Positions 1 through 11,795 of a stretch of DNA of 64,000 bases are shown here, in pieces (the stretch's first letter is position 1; every line of letters begins with the position of its first letter). The stretch spans positions 7,688,001 to 7,752,000 of the forward strand of contig CM069160.1 of assembly GCA_035221665.1 (NCBI GenBank), written 5' to 3'. A model generated the notes under the pieces. It saw only the letters and a program-made list of their open reading frames with translations. It ran no database searches and was not told where the DNA came from. Made by a program: the position numbers and the translations under genes. The stretch is from Okamejei kenojei. Taxonomy: Eukaryota.

Positions 1-204
1 AATTGGGTTTTGTGCTTGTGTGAGTCAATGTGCGTGTGACGCTGCAGCAAGCAATGCCATTGTAGCTGTACCTCTCCGTACTTGTGGATGCGACAATAAA
101 CTCCAACTGCTGCAATTTGGACACCCACTGGTTTATTATTTGGTTTCTAAAAGGCGCCAAGGGTCATCGGAAACATTTCCCCAGAACCTTTCCCCATCGC
201 CGGC

Positions 205-490
205 GTCACGGTGGCGCAGCGGTAGAGTTGCTGCCTTACAGAGCCAGGGGCCCGGGTTCAATCCTGACTACGGATGCTGTCTGTGCGGAGTTTGTACGTT
301 CTCCCCATGAGCTAAGTGGATCATCTCCGGGACCTCCCGGACTCCAAAAACGTACAGGTAATTGGCTTGGTATGAATGTAAATTGTCCCTCGTGTGTGTT
401 GGATCGTGTTCGTGTGCGGGGACCGCTGGTCGGTGAGAACTTGGTGGGCCGACGGGCCAGTTTGCGCACTGCATCTCCAAACTCAACCAA
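205..490 (+). mobile_element. tRNA-derived SINE (HE1/V-SINE-like)
   Basis: Pol III A box TGGCGCAGCGG and B box GGTTCAATCC followed by a body shared with the copies at 16630-17890 and 59120-59410. Confidence 0.7.
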
Positions 491-649
491 AGGCCATTGG
501 TTTAAGGCCATGGATAAGAGGTGAGAGGGGATGAGGTTCTTGTACCAACCTACACAACCCAGACATTATATATTATGTGTAATCAGTGTATAATCTGATT
601 TTATATGTTGTCTTTGTCGATGTGTATGTGAGCAAGATTCATTGTACCT

Positions 650-3600
650 CTATCTCCCTCGCCGCCACCGTTCCTCCTGGCCCTGCCTCTTCTCTACACT
701 ACACCCTCCCTCACCGTCTCTCCCCTCTCTCGCCATCCCACACCTGCCGCAGACTGGCCTCTAGTACCTCCCTCCCCTACACTCGCTCCCTCTCTCATTG
801 ACTCCTCTCCTCGCGCCCTCCCGCTCTACCCTCCCCTCTCCCCTCCCCTTCTACCTCCCCTCTCCCTTCCCTCTCTCCCGCTCTCCCTCCTACTCTCCCT
901 CACCCTCTCCCTTTCACCTCACCCCTCCCGCGCTCTACCTTCCCCATCCCCCTTTCCTCCCCGTCTTTCCTCTCCTCTTCCTATTCCCCTCTCCTCCCCA
1001 CCTCTCTCCACTTATTTTTTCCCCTTCAACTTCCCTCTCCCCACTTTCTACCCTCCCTTATCCCTCTTCTACCATCCCCCTCCCGCCTCTATCTACCCCG
1101 CATCTCCCCTCCCTCCCCGAATCCCTCCCCTCATCCTCCTTCCCTCTCTCCTTCTTCCCTCCCCCCCTCTCACCGCCCCCTGCCCTCCCCCTCTACCTCC
1201 CTCCCATCTCCTCCTCCTCCCTCCACTCTACATCCCCTTCCTCCCCTCCCGCTCTTCCGTCCATCCTCCGCTACCTCGCCCTCTCCCATTCCCACTCTCC
1301 CCTCACACTCCTCCCCCCCTCTCGCACCTGCCCCTCTCGTCCCTCCCCCTCTCGCCCCTCCCCCTCTTCCATTCTCCTCACCGCCTTTCGTCCCCTGCCC
1401 CCTCCCCCCCTCCCCTCCCCTATCCTCACCATCTCTCCCCTCACCATCTCCCCTCCCCCTCCCACCTCCTTCCCCCCTCCCTCCCCTCTCCCTCACCCTC
1501 GCCCCCTTCGCTCCGTTCTCCCCTCCCCCTCCAGCTCCCTGCCCTCTCGTCCTCCCCTCATCTCTCTCTCTTTCTCTCTCATCTCCCCCTCTCGCCCACC
1601 CTCACCCCCTCTCTCACCCTCCCTTAACCTTTTCTCCCTCTACCCCTCCACTCCCCTTTTCCCCTCCCCCTCTCCCCCTTTCGTCTCCCACCTCTCCCAT
1701 CCCACTCCTCTCCCCCTTTCCCCCCTCTCCATTCTCTCCCGCCTGCTCCCTCCTCTCTCCTCGACGTCACCTTCTCTCCCATCTTACCTCCCCATGTCAC
1801 CCATCCCCCGCTGCCCCTCCCCCGCCCCTCCTCCTCTCCCTCTTCCCTCCCTTATCCCTTCACCGTCTCTCCCCTCTCTCGCCATCCCACACCTGCCGCA
1901 GACTGGCCTCTAGTACCTCCCTCCCCTACACTCGCTCCCTCTCTCATTGAGATCCTCTCCTCGCGCCCTCCCGCTCTAACCTCCCCTCTCCCCTCCCCTT
2001 CTACCTCCCCTCTCCCTTCCCTCTCTCCCGCTCTCCCTCCTACTCTCCCTCACCCTCTCTCCCTTTCACCTCACCCCTCCCCGCGCTCTACCTTCCCCAT
2101 CCCCCTTTCCTCCCCGTCTTTCTCTTCTCTTCCTATTCCCCTCTCCTCCCCACCTATCTCCACTTATTTCCCCTCCAACTTCCCTCTCCCCACTTTCTAC
2201 CCTCCCTTTATCCCTCTTCTACCATCCCCCTCCCGCCTCCATCTACCCCGCATCTCCCCTCCCTCCCCGAATCCCTCCCCCTCATCCTCCTTCCCTCTCT
2301 CCTTCTCCCCCCTCTCACCGCCCCCTGCCGTCCCCCTCTACCTCCCTCCCATCTCCTCCTCCCTCCACTCTACATCCCCTCCCTCCCCTCCCGCTCTTCC
2401 CGTCCATCCTCCGCTACCTCGCCCCCTCCCATTCCCACTTTCCCCCTCACACTCCTCCCCCTCTCGCACCTGCCCCTCTCGTCCCTCCCCCTCTCGCCCC
2501 TCCCCCTCTTCCATACTCCTCACGCCTTTCGTCCCCTGCCCCCTCCCTCCCCTCCCCTATCCTCACCATCTCTCCCCTCACCATCTCCCCCTCCCACCTC
2601 CTTCCCCCCTCCCTCCCCTCTCCCTCACCCTCGCCCCCTTCGCTCCGTTTCCCCCCTCCCCCTCCAGCTCCCTGCCCCTCGTCCTCCCCTCATCTCTCTC
2701 TCTTCCCTCTCTCATCTCCCCCCTCTCGCCCACCCTCACCCCCTCTCTCCACCCCTCCCTTAACCTTTTCTCCTCTACCCCTCCACTCCCCTTTTCCCCT
2801 CCCCCTCTCCCCCTTTCGTCTCCCACCTCTCCCATCCCACTCCCTCCCTCCCCCTTCCCCCCTCTCCATTCTCTCCCGCCTGCTCCCTCCTCTCTCCTCG
2901 ACGTCACCTTCTCTCCCCATCTTACCTCCCCATGTCACCCATCCCACTGCCCCTCCCCCTCCCCTCCTCCTCTCCCTCTTTCCCTCCCTTATCCCTTCAC
3001 CCTCTCCCCCGCTTCCGCTCCCATTCTTCTCCCTTCCCTGCCCCTCTCTACCCGCCCTCACCCGCTCCTACCTCTCCAACCCTCCCTCTTCTCTCCCATT
3101 CCACACCGCTCCCCCCTCCTCTCCCCTTCCTCTCTTCCCCTCTTCCCCCCTCTCACACCTCCCCCTCGCTCTCCCCCTCCCATTAACCCCTCTGCCACTC
3201 CCTTCCATCTCCCCCCCATCCCCCTCACTTCACCCCCTCTCCCACACCCCTCCCCACAATCCCCTCACTCGCCTTCCCCCTCCTTCCCCTTTGCCCTCCC
3301 CATCTCACTTCCCCTCAACCCCCCTCTCCCCTCGCCCTCCCCAATCCTCTCACACTCCCTCCCCCCTCTCTCCACCCTCTCTCCTCCCTCACCCCTCCCA
3401 CCCTCCCGCCCCCTCCCTCTCTCCCCTCATCTCCCCCTCTCTCCCCTCCCCCTGCCGCCCGCCCCCTCCATCTCTCCCCGCGCCCTCTCTCCTCCCCTTC
3501 TCCTCTCTCCTCCCGCTCTCACCCCCTGTCGTTATATCCCCTCTCCTCCTTCTCTCACCTCCCCTCCCATCACCTCCCATCCCCCTCTCCCCTCCCCCCA

Positions 3601-6600
3601 TCCCCCCCCTCCCCCTCCCCTCCCCTCCCCTCCCGCTGCCCCCTCTCCCCTCCCTCTCCCCTCCCCCTCCCCCTCTCCCCGCTCTCCTCTACACCTCTCC
3701 CCACCCACCCTCACGCCTCTCCCTCCCTATCCGTCCCCCTCTCCCTCTCCCCTCCCCCCCTCTCCCTATACCCTCCCACTCCCCACTCCCCTCTCCCTCT
3801 CCCTCTCCCCCCCCCCCTCTCCTCTCCCCCTCTCCACTCCCCCACGCTACCAGGGGATTTCCACCGGTTTCACATTCGCTGCGAAGCTGCAGCGGGGCGG
3901 GGCTGCCAGCCGTGGCGCTGGCCAATGGAAGCAGAGCGCGGCTGTGAGTTAGTAGTTGCTTGGTAGAGCGAGGCTGTACAGGTTGAGTTTGTGTCTCTAA
4001 ATAACCCCGCCGCCGCTGTTGCTGTTGCTGCTGCCTAAACGCAGCGCGCACCCCTCCTATCCACCCCTCTCTCCCCTCCCCGATATACCGTATTTCCCGC
4101 CCCATGCCTTCGCTCTCCCTCTGCCCCTCACCAATTCTCCTCTCCCCACATCTCCCCCTCTCCTCTCCGGGAGGCTCCTCCCTCTACCCGCTCCACTCCC
4201 CCTCCCCCACTTTCCCCTCCCGCCCTCCGACTTCCGCCTCTCCTCTCCCCTCCCCCTCTCCTTCCCCCTCCTCCGCCTCCGCCTCTCCACTTCCCCATCC
4301 CCCTCCCCTTCCCCTTCCCCTCTGCCCCTCCCCTCTCTCCTTTCCTCTCCCCTTCCTACCCTCCACCTGTCTGCCCTCCCCGTCTCTAACCCCGCTCCAC
4401 CCTCCCCGTCTCTACCCCCCATCTCTCCCTCCCCACTCCTTCCCCCCTTTCCACCCCGTGCCTCCCCTCTCCCATCCTCTCCTCCCTCCGCTACACCCCA
4501 TCCCTCTCCCCATTCACCCCTCTCCTCGCGCCCCCTCCCCCCTTCCCCTCCCGCTCTACCTCCCCTCTCCCCTCCCTCTCTCCCGCTCTCCGTCCTACTC
4601 TCCCTCCCTTTCACCTCTCCCCTCCCCCCTCTACCTTCCCCTTCCCCCTTTCCTCCCCATCTCTCTCCCCTCTTCCTATTCCCCTCTCCTCCCCCACCTC
4701 TCTCCACTTATTTCCCCTTCCCCCTTCCCCCCTCTCCCCCGTCCCCCTCTCCCCCTCTCCCCCTCCCACCTTTCCACCCTCCTTTCCCCCTCTTCTACCA
4801 TCCCCCCCCCCGCCTCCCAGCTACCCCCCATCTCTCCTCCCTCCCCAATCCCTCCCCTCATCCTCCTCTTCGCCCTCCCTCTCCCTCCCCTCCCCTCTCT
4901 CACCGCCCCTGCCCTCCCCCTCTACCTCCCTCCGATCTCCTCCTCCTCCCCCTCCCCTCTACATCCCCTCCCTCCCCTCCCGCTCTTCCCGTCCCTCCTC
5001 CATTACGTCTCCCCCCTCCCATTCCCACTCTCTCCACTTACACTCTTCCCCCTCTCGCACCTGCCCCTCTCGTCCCTGCCCCTCTCGCCCCTCCCCCGTC
5101 TCCCGTACTCGTCACGCATTTCGTCCCTCTACCCTCTCCCCTCCCTAACCTCACCATCTTTCGCCCCTCCCCATCTCCCCCCTCCCACCTGCTTTCCCGC
5201 TCTTCCTCGCCCTCTCCCTCACCCTCGCCCCCATCTCTCCGTTGTCCCACAAGCTCCATGCCCTCTCCTCCTCCTCCTCTCATCACTCTCCCTCCCCCTC
5301 TCATCTTCCCCTCTCGCCCACCCTCACCCCCTCTCCCTCCCCCCCCCCTCTCCCTTAACCTTCTCTCCTCTACTCCTCCTCTCCCCTTCTCCACTCCCCC
5401 CCTCGTCTCCCACCCCTCCCATCCCACTCCTCTCGCTCTGCCCTCCCCCTCTCCATTCTCTCCCGCCTGCTCCCATCCGCTCTCCTCGCCGTCACCCTCC
5501 TCTCCCATCTTCCTCCCCATCTCACCCATCCCACTGGCCCCCCCTCCCCATGTCCTCTCCCTCCCTTCTCCCTTCACCCTCTCTCCGCTCCCTCTCCCAC
5601 TCTTCTCCCTCCCCTCCCCCCCTCTTTACCCGCGCTCACCCTCTCCTACCTCTCCACTCCTCCCCCTTCTCTCCCATTCCACACCGCTCCTTCCTTTCCC
5701 CTTCCCCTCAACCCTTTCCCTCTCTCCCCTCCCCCTCTCCTCTCCGCTCTACTCTCCCCTCCCCCCACTATCCCCCCTTCCCCTCCCCCCTCTCACTCCT
5801 CCCCCGCGCTCTCCCCCTCCCAGTAACCCCTCCACCGCTCCCCTCCATCTCCCTCCCCTCCCCCCACACTTCCCCTCACCCCCCTCTCCCCCCTCCCCCT
5901 CACCCTCCACTCACTCGCCCTCCCCTCCCTCCCTCTGCCCTCTCCATCTCCCACTCACCCCTCATCTCCCCTCTTCCCCTCGCCCAATCCTCTCACACCC
6001 TCCCTCCCCCCCTCCCGCCCCATCCCTCTCTCCCTCACCCTCTACCTCCCCCCTCTCTCCCCCCCGCGCCCCCCTCCTCTCTCCTCGCGCCTCTCTCTTC
6101 CCCCCCCACCTCTCTCCTCCCGCTCTCACCCCCTCTCGTTATCTCCCCCTCCCTCCTCCCCCCTCTCCCCACAACTCCCCTCCCGCCAGCTCCCCTCCCA
6201 CTCNNNNNNNNNNNNNNNNNNNNNNNNNNNNNNNNNNNNNNNNNNNNNNNNNNNNNNNNNNNNNNNNNNNNNNNNNNNNNNNNNNNNNNNNNNNNNNNNN
6301 NNNNNNNNNNNNNNNNNNNNNNNNNNNNNNNNNNNCTCCCACTCCCCTCCCACTTCCCTCCCACTCCCCTACCCCCCTCTCCTTTTCGCCTCCCCTCTCC
6401 CCTCCCCCCTCCACCCCCTCTCCCCTCTCCCCTTCCCTTCTCCACCTCGCTCCCCCTCTCCCCTCTCCCCCTTCCCCCTCCCCCTCCCCTCTCATCTCCC
6501 CTCCCCCTCTCCCCTCCCCCCTCTCCCTCTCCCTCTCCCCTCCCCCCCCCTCTCCCTCTCCCCCCCTTCCCCCTCCTCCCCTCCCCCTCCCCCCTCCCCT

Positions 6601-6680
6601 CTCCCCTCCCCCTCTCCCCTCCCCATCTCCCCTACCCCTCTCCTCCCTCCCCCTCTTCCCCTCCCACTCTCCCCTCCCCC
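650..6680. repeat. Polypyrimidine (C/T) low-complexity tract with internal ~1.15-kb and ~2.8-kb duplications
   Basis: The anchor CACCGTCTCTCCCCTCTCTCGCCATCCCACACCTGCCGCAGACTGGCCTCTAG occurs at ~712 and ~1861; the unique 200-bp block recurs at ~3841 and ~6678; N run 6204-6335. Confidence 0.85.
3853..3984 (-). promoter_or_regulatory. Distal inverted S-X-Y module with ISRE-like and NF-kB sites (copy 1, more diverged)
   Basis: GGGGATTTCC 3853-3862; GGTTTCACATTC ~3866-3877; CCAAT 3922; X1-like 3950-3963 lies 20 bp from Y; AACCT (minus) lies 16 bp from X. Confidence 0.55.
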
Positions 6681-6689
6681 ACGCTAGCA

Positions 6690-6821
6690 GGGGATTTCCA
6701 CCGGTTTCACCTTCGCTTCGAAGCTGCAGCGGGGCGCGACTGCCTGCCGTGGCTCTGGCCAATGGGAGCAGAGCGCGGCTGTGAGTCAGCAGTTGCTGGG
6801 TAGAGCGAGGCTGTACAGGTT
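6690..6821 (-). promoter_or_regulatory. Distal inverted S-X-Y module with ISRE-like and NF-kB sites (copy 2)
   Basis: Minus strand reads AACCT (6817-6821), 16 bp, CCCAGCAACTGCTG (X1, 6787-6800) overlapping TGACTCA (X2), 20 bp, CCCATTGG (Y, 6759-6766). GGTTTCACCTTC 6703-6714 and GGGGATTTCC 6690-6699 follow. Confidence 0.7.
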
Positions 6822-7057
6822 GAGTTTGTGTGTCTGGATAACCCCGCCCCCGCTGCTGCTACTGCTGCTGCTGCTGCCTAAAGGCAGCGCGCACCCCTTC
6901 TATTCAGTCCGCAGTGGACTGAATGCAGAACATGGACACCATAATCTGGAGGAGCAGCGGAACAGGCAGCATCTCTGGAGAAAAGGAATGGGTCCATTCC
7001 CGTGGGATGCTGCCTGTCCGTTTTTGTATCTATCTTCGGTTTAAACCAGCACCTTGG

Positions 7058-8500
7058 ACAATATACAATAGTTGTAGGGGTAGGCCATTCGGCCCTTCGA
7101 GCCAGCGCAGCCATTCACTGTGATCATGGCTGATCATCCACAATCAGTATCCCGTTCCTGCCTTCTCCCCATTTCCCTTGACTCCACTATTTTTAAGAGC
7201 TCTTTTTAACTCTCTCTTGAAAACTAGAGAGTTGGTCTGTACTGCCTTCTGAGGCAGAGAATTCCACAATTTCACAACTCTCTGGGTGAGAAACCGTTTC
7301 CTCATCTCCGTTTAAATGGCCTACACCTTATTCTTAAACCGTGTCCCCTGGTTCTGGGCTCCCTCAATATCGGGAACATGTTTCCTGCCTCCTGTCTATC
7401 CAATCCCTAAATAATCTTATACGTTTCAATGAGATCCCCTCATCCTTCTAACGTCCAGTGTATGCAAGCCCATTCGCTCCATTCTTTCAACAAATGACAG
7501 TCCCGCCATCCAGGGAATAAACGTTGTGAACCGATGCTGCACGCCCTCAAAAGCAAAAATGTCCTTCCTCAAATTTGGAGCCAAAAACTGCACACAATAC
7601 ACCATGTGTGGTCTCACTAGGGCCCTGTACAACTGCAGAAGGACCTCTTTGCTCCTATACTCAACTCCTCCTGTTATGAAGGCCAACATGCCATTAGCTT
7701 TCTTCACTGCCTGCTGTACCTGCATGCTTACTTTCATTGACTGATGAACAATAACGCCCAAGATCACCTTTTCCCAACTTGACGCCATTCAGATAATAAT
7801 CTGCCTTCCTGTCCTTGCCATCAAAGTGGATAACCTCTCATTTATCCACATTAAACTGCATCTGCCATGCATCTGCCCTCTTACCCAACCAATCCAAGTC
7901 ACCCTGCATCCTCATCGCATCCTCCTCACAGTTCACACTGCCACCCAGCGTTGTATCATCTGCAAATTTGCTAATGTTACGTTTAATCCCTTCATCTAAA
8001 TCATTAATATATATTGTAAATATCTGCGGTCCAAGCACCTAGCCTTGCTGTACCCCACTAGTCACTGCCTGCCATTCTGAACGGGATCCGTTAATCCCTA
8101 CGCTTTGTTTCCAGTCTGCCAACCAATTTTATATCCATGTCAGTATCCTACCCCCAATACCATGTGCACTAATTTTGCTAACTAATCTCTTATGTGGGAC
8201 TTCCTCAAAGGCTTTGTGAAAGTGCGGGTACACTGCATCCATTGGCTCTCCCATGTCCATTATCCTAGTTACATCCTCTGAAAATTCCAGAAGATTAGTC
8301 AAGCATGATTTTCCCTTCGTAAATCCATGCTGACTTGGACCGATCCTGTTACTGCTATCCAAATGTGCCGCTATTTCATCTTTTATGATTGACTCCAGCA
8401 TCTTCCCCATCACCAATGTCAGGCTAATTGATCTATAATTCACAGTTTTCTCTCTCCCGCTTTTCCTAAAAAGTAGGATAACCGAGGACCAGCCTGGAAG
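7058..8500 (-). mobile_element. 5'-truncated CR1-clade LINE (ORF2 RT remnant plus 3' end)
   Basis: Peptides [23 protein letters not shown] and LYRALVRPH in ORFs 8129-8818, 7838-8038 and 7426-7788; short-repeat tail at ~7058. Confidence 0.9.
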
Positions 8501-8809
8501 ACCCGGCTCGCCCGCCACGTATCGAGGACCCACGGGAACCCAGCTTGAGGGCCGCAGAGCAGACCGGCTGCGGGAGGGAGTGCACGGCCTCGACGGGGGA
8601 GTGGGCCGCTGGAGGCCCTGCAGCTGCCTGGGGCTTGGCTGGACCTGGCGCCGCTCCAAGAGGCCGAGCATGTGGACCAGACGCGGTGGAGCAGCGGTGG
8701 AGGACACCACGGCTACGCTTGGCCAGGCCGACCATGCAACGCCGCCAGGACAACGGGCCTTCACGGTCAGATCAAGATCCCTGCACTTACAACAACTGGG
8801 ACTTGAACA

Positions 8810-8996
8810 TGGCAACAAACTGGCAACTTTGTATTCTGTCTCACTGTACTACTGCTGTACACCAGCACTGTATCTACAATGCTTATCTAATATGTATCTA
8901 AGTGCTTATGTATAGTGATACTTGTACTAAACTGTGTACAAAAATGAATTTCCCTGTACCTCGGTACAGGTGGCAAATCAAGTACCAGACCATACC
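8810..8996 (+). mobile_element. LINE/SINE 3'-end fragment (L2-like tail)
   Basis: Terminal motif CTGTACCTCGGTACAGGTGGCAAA resembles the tails at ~60-112 and ~11760-11795. Confidence 0.45.
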
Positions 8997-9986
8997 TGTG
9001 CCAGTGCACTGTTCAGAAGGAGTGTCCGTGCCAGTGCACTGGACAGAGGGGGTGTCAGTGGACAGTCGTGTGACCAGTGACTCGTGGACATCGCTGTGAA
9101 TGTGGGAGCATCGTGGGGCTGAACTGGTCAGTCTGTGTGGGGTAGGGGCACGGGAGAGAGACTGCTCATCTCTCCTCGCCGAATAAAGACTGATTCTCTC
9201 GAGAGCAGGGCAGGGAGAGGGTGCTCTGATCACAAAGGACCTGTTGCCCTTCCGCCTCATCTCCATCTGCCTCTCCCTCTCTCTCTCTCTTGGTCTCACA
9301 GTACCTCGATACACATGAGAATAAACTTTGTCTTTTATTTTGCTTCTGCCTGTCCTCCACCCCGGAGCTCCCCCCCAACACTATGTNNNNNNNNNNNNNN
9401 NNNNNNNNNNNNNNNNNNNNNNNNNNNNNNNNNNNNNNNNNNNNNNNNNNNNNNNNNNNNNNNNNNNNNNNNNNNNNNNNNNNNNNNNNNNNNNNNNNNN
9501 NNNNNNNNNNNNNNNNNNNNNNNNNNNNNNNNNNNNNNNNNNNNNNNNNNNNNNNNNNGCTCTCTCTCTGCCCCTCTCTCCNNNNNNNNNNNNNNNNNNN
9601 NNNNNNNNNNNNNNNNNNNNNNNNNNNNNNNNNNNNNNNNNNNNNNNNNNNNNNNNNNNNNNNNNNNNNNNNNNNNNNNNNNNNNNNNNNNNNNNNNNNN
9701 NNNNNNNNNNNNNNTCTGTCAATCACACTTATCTCATTGTGTCTAACTCTCTCCCCCCATCTTTCTCTATGTCTGCCCCTCTCTTTCTCACATTCGCTGT
9801 GAATGTGGGAGCATCGTGGTTTTGTCCCGTTGTCTGTGCCTCTGTCCACCTCTCACTGTCCCACTGCCTCTCTCCCTTTCACCCTCCCACTCACTCACCC
9901 TGACAAACCTCTCTGACTGCTGCGCCTGTCCACGGCCCTGTCAGATCGTGTCTCTCTGCGTGATGCCACCAGCCAGCCCCTGCGCT

Positions 9987-10098
9987 GGGAAACTCCCCGT
10001 GGCTGGGCGCGGATCTGAGTCACTCCGTCCCAAGCGAAGCCGCAGCAGGAAACTGAAACAGAGAGAGCTGGAAACGCTTCAGTGGCGAGGCAGCGTCA
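9987..10098. promoter_or_regulatory. Candidate inducible enhancer: NF-kB + AP-1 + ISRE + CRE half-site
   Basis: GGGAAACTCCCC 9987-9998, TGAGTCA 10016-10022, GGAAACTGAAAC 10048-10059 and GCGTCA 10093-10098 in non-repeat GC-rich DNA. Confidence 0.6.
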
Positions 10099-10842
10099 CC
10101 GGAGAGCGGGGGATATCAATGTCCGCATCCCAACCCCCGCCCGGCTCCCTGCCGCAGATCAGAGCTGGAGGTGGGGGGAGGGGTGGAGGCGATGGACAAA
10201 GGCCGGTGTCGGCGTGGCCACAAGACACTGCAGTCGCTGGAATCTGGAAAGGGGATCCGTGGTGGAAACGGTGCATGTCGTAGTTTCAGGTGGAGACCCT
10301 GCATTCACAGACCCTGATGCTGAGTCTCAGTCTGAAACCACCAGAGACCTTTTTCTACCCCTTTCAACTCCCCGCTGAGTTCTTATCGGCTGCAGTTTCC
10401 TTTTAATAAAAAGTCATATAGCATGGAAGCATGGAAACAGGCCATTCGGCCCAAATCATTCATGCCGGCCCATATAAGCTAGTCGCATTTACCCACATTA
10501 GGCCCATACACCTCTAAGTATTTCCTATCCATGTATATGTCCAAGTGTCTCTAGTGCGCTTACAGTACTTGTCTCAACCACATACTCTGGCAGCTCGTTC
10601 CGTACCCACCACCCTCTGTGTAAAGAAATTGATCCTCAGCTTTCTATTAAATCTTGCCCCTCTCACCTTAAACCTTTTCTCTGCTTTTTGATTCACCGAC
10701 CCTGAGTAAATACTGTACATTCATCCTATCTTCCCGCCATCCCCTCAAAATGTTATACACCTGCATTAGTTCACCCCTCAGCCTCCTGCACTCCAAGGAA
10801 CACAATCATAGCCTGCCCAACCTTTTACCTGTAGTTCAGGCA

Positions 10843-11795
10843 TCGGAATCATCCTTCCACAACCAGAGATTAGTGCTGAACTATTATCTACCTCTTTGTT
10901 GACCCCAGGACTTCCCTTGATTGGACTTTGCTGGCGTTATCTAGCACGTTACTACACTATACATGATTCCCCCTCAATGTTCCTTTATCACGTATTACAC
11001 TGTAAATGGCTCGAGTGTAATCATGTGTTGTCTTTCTGCAGACTGGATACCACGCAACAAAAGCTTTTCACTGTAGAACATAGAAACATAGAACATAGAA
11101 ATAGGTGCAGGAGTAGGCCATTCGGCCCTTCGAGCCTGCACCGCCATTCAATATGATCATGGCTGATCATCCAACTTAGTATCCTGTATCTGCCTTCTCT
11201 CCATACCCCCTGATCCCTTTAGCCACAAGAGCCACATCCAAATCCCTCTTAAATATAGCCAATGAACTGGCCTCAACGACCTTCTGTGGCAGAGAATTCC
11301 AGAGACTCACCACTCTCTGTGTAAAGAATGTTTTCCTCATCTCGGTCCTAAAGGAATCCCCCCTTATCCTTAGACTGCGACCCCTTGTTCTTGACTCCCA
11401 CAACATCGGGAACAATCTTCCTGCATCTAGCTTGTCCAACCCCTTAAGAATTTTGTAAGTTTCTATAAGATCCCTTCTCAATCTTCTAAATCCCAGTGAG
11501 TACAAGCCGAGTCTATCCAGTCTCTCTTGATATGAAAGTCCCGACATCCCAGGAATCAGTCTGGTGAACCTTCTCTGAACCCCCTCTATGGCAAGAATGT
11601 CTTTCCTCAGATTTGGAGACCAAAATTGTACGCAATACTCCAGGTGTGGTCTCACCAAAACCCTGTACATCTGCAGTAGAACCTCCCTGCACCTATACTC
11701 AAATCCTTTCGCTATGAATGCTAACATACCATTTGCTTTCTTCACTGCCTGCTGCACCTGTGCACATGTGACAATAAACTAAACTAAACTAAACT
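10843..11795 (+). mobile_element. Non-LTR element with (TAAAC)n tail, itself interrupted by a CR1
   Basis: TSD AGGCA at 10838-10842 and 11796-11800; tail GACAATAAACTAAACTAAACT. Confidence 0.7.
11075..11760 (-). mobile_element. Young 5'-truncated CR1 LINE
   Basis: Uninterrupted ORF2 C-terminus (ORF 11176-11757) and (TTTCTATG)n-type tail. Confidence 0.92.

Noticed and set aside
205-270. tRNA gene
   Set aside because: A and B boxes belong to a SINE head that continues into a repeat body; no complete cloverleaf seen.
798-6803. Long Pro/Ser/Leu ORFs (up to 921 aa) and their Gly/Arg/Glu antisense ORFs
   Set aside because: By-products of C/T low-complexity DNA lacking stop codons; some span N runs.
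8500-8810. GC-rich segment with overlapping ORFs
   Set aside because: No identifiable protein; probably part of the adjacent repeat.
9816-10283. 155-aa ORF as a host exon
   Set aside because: No recognisable domain; the region is better explained as regulatory.
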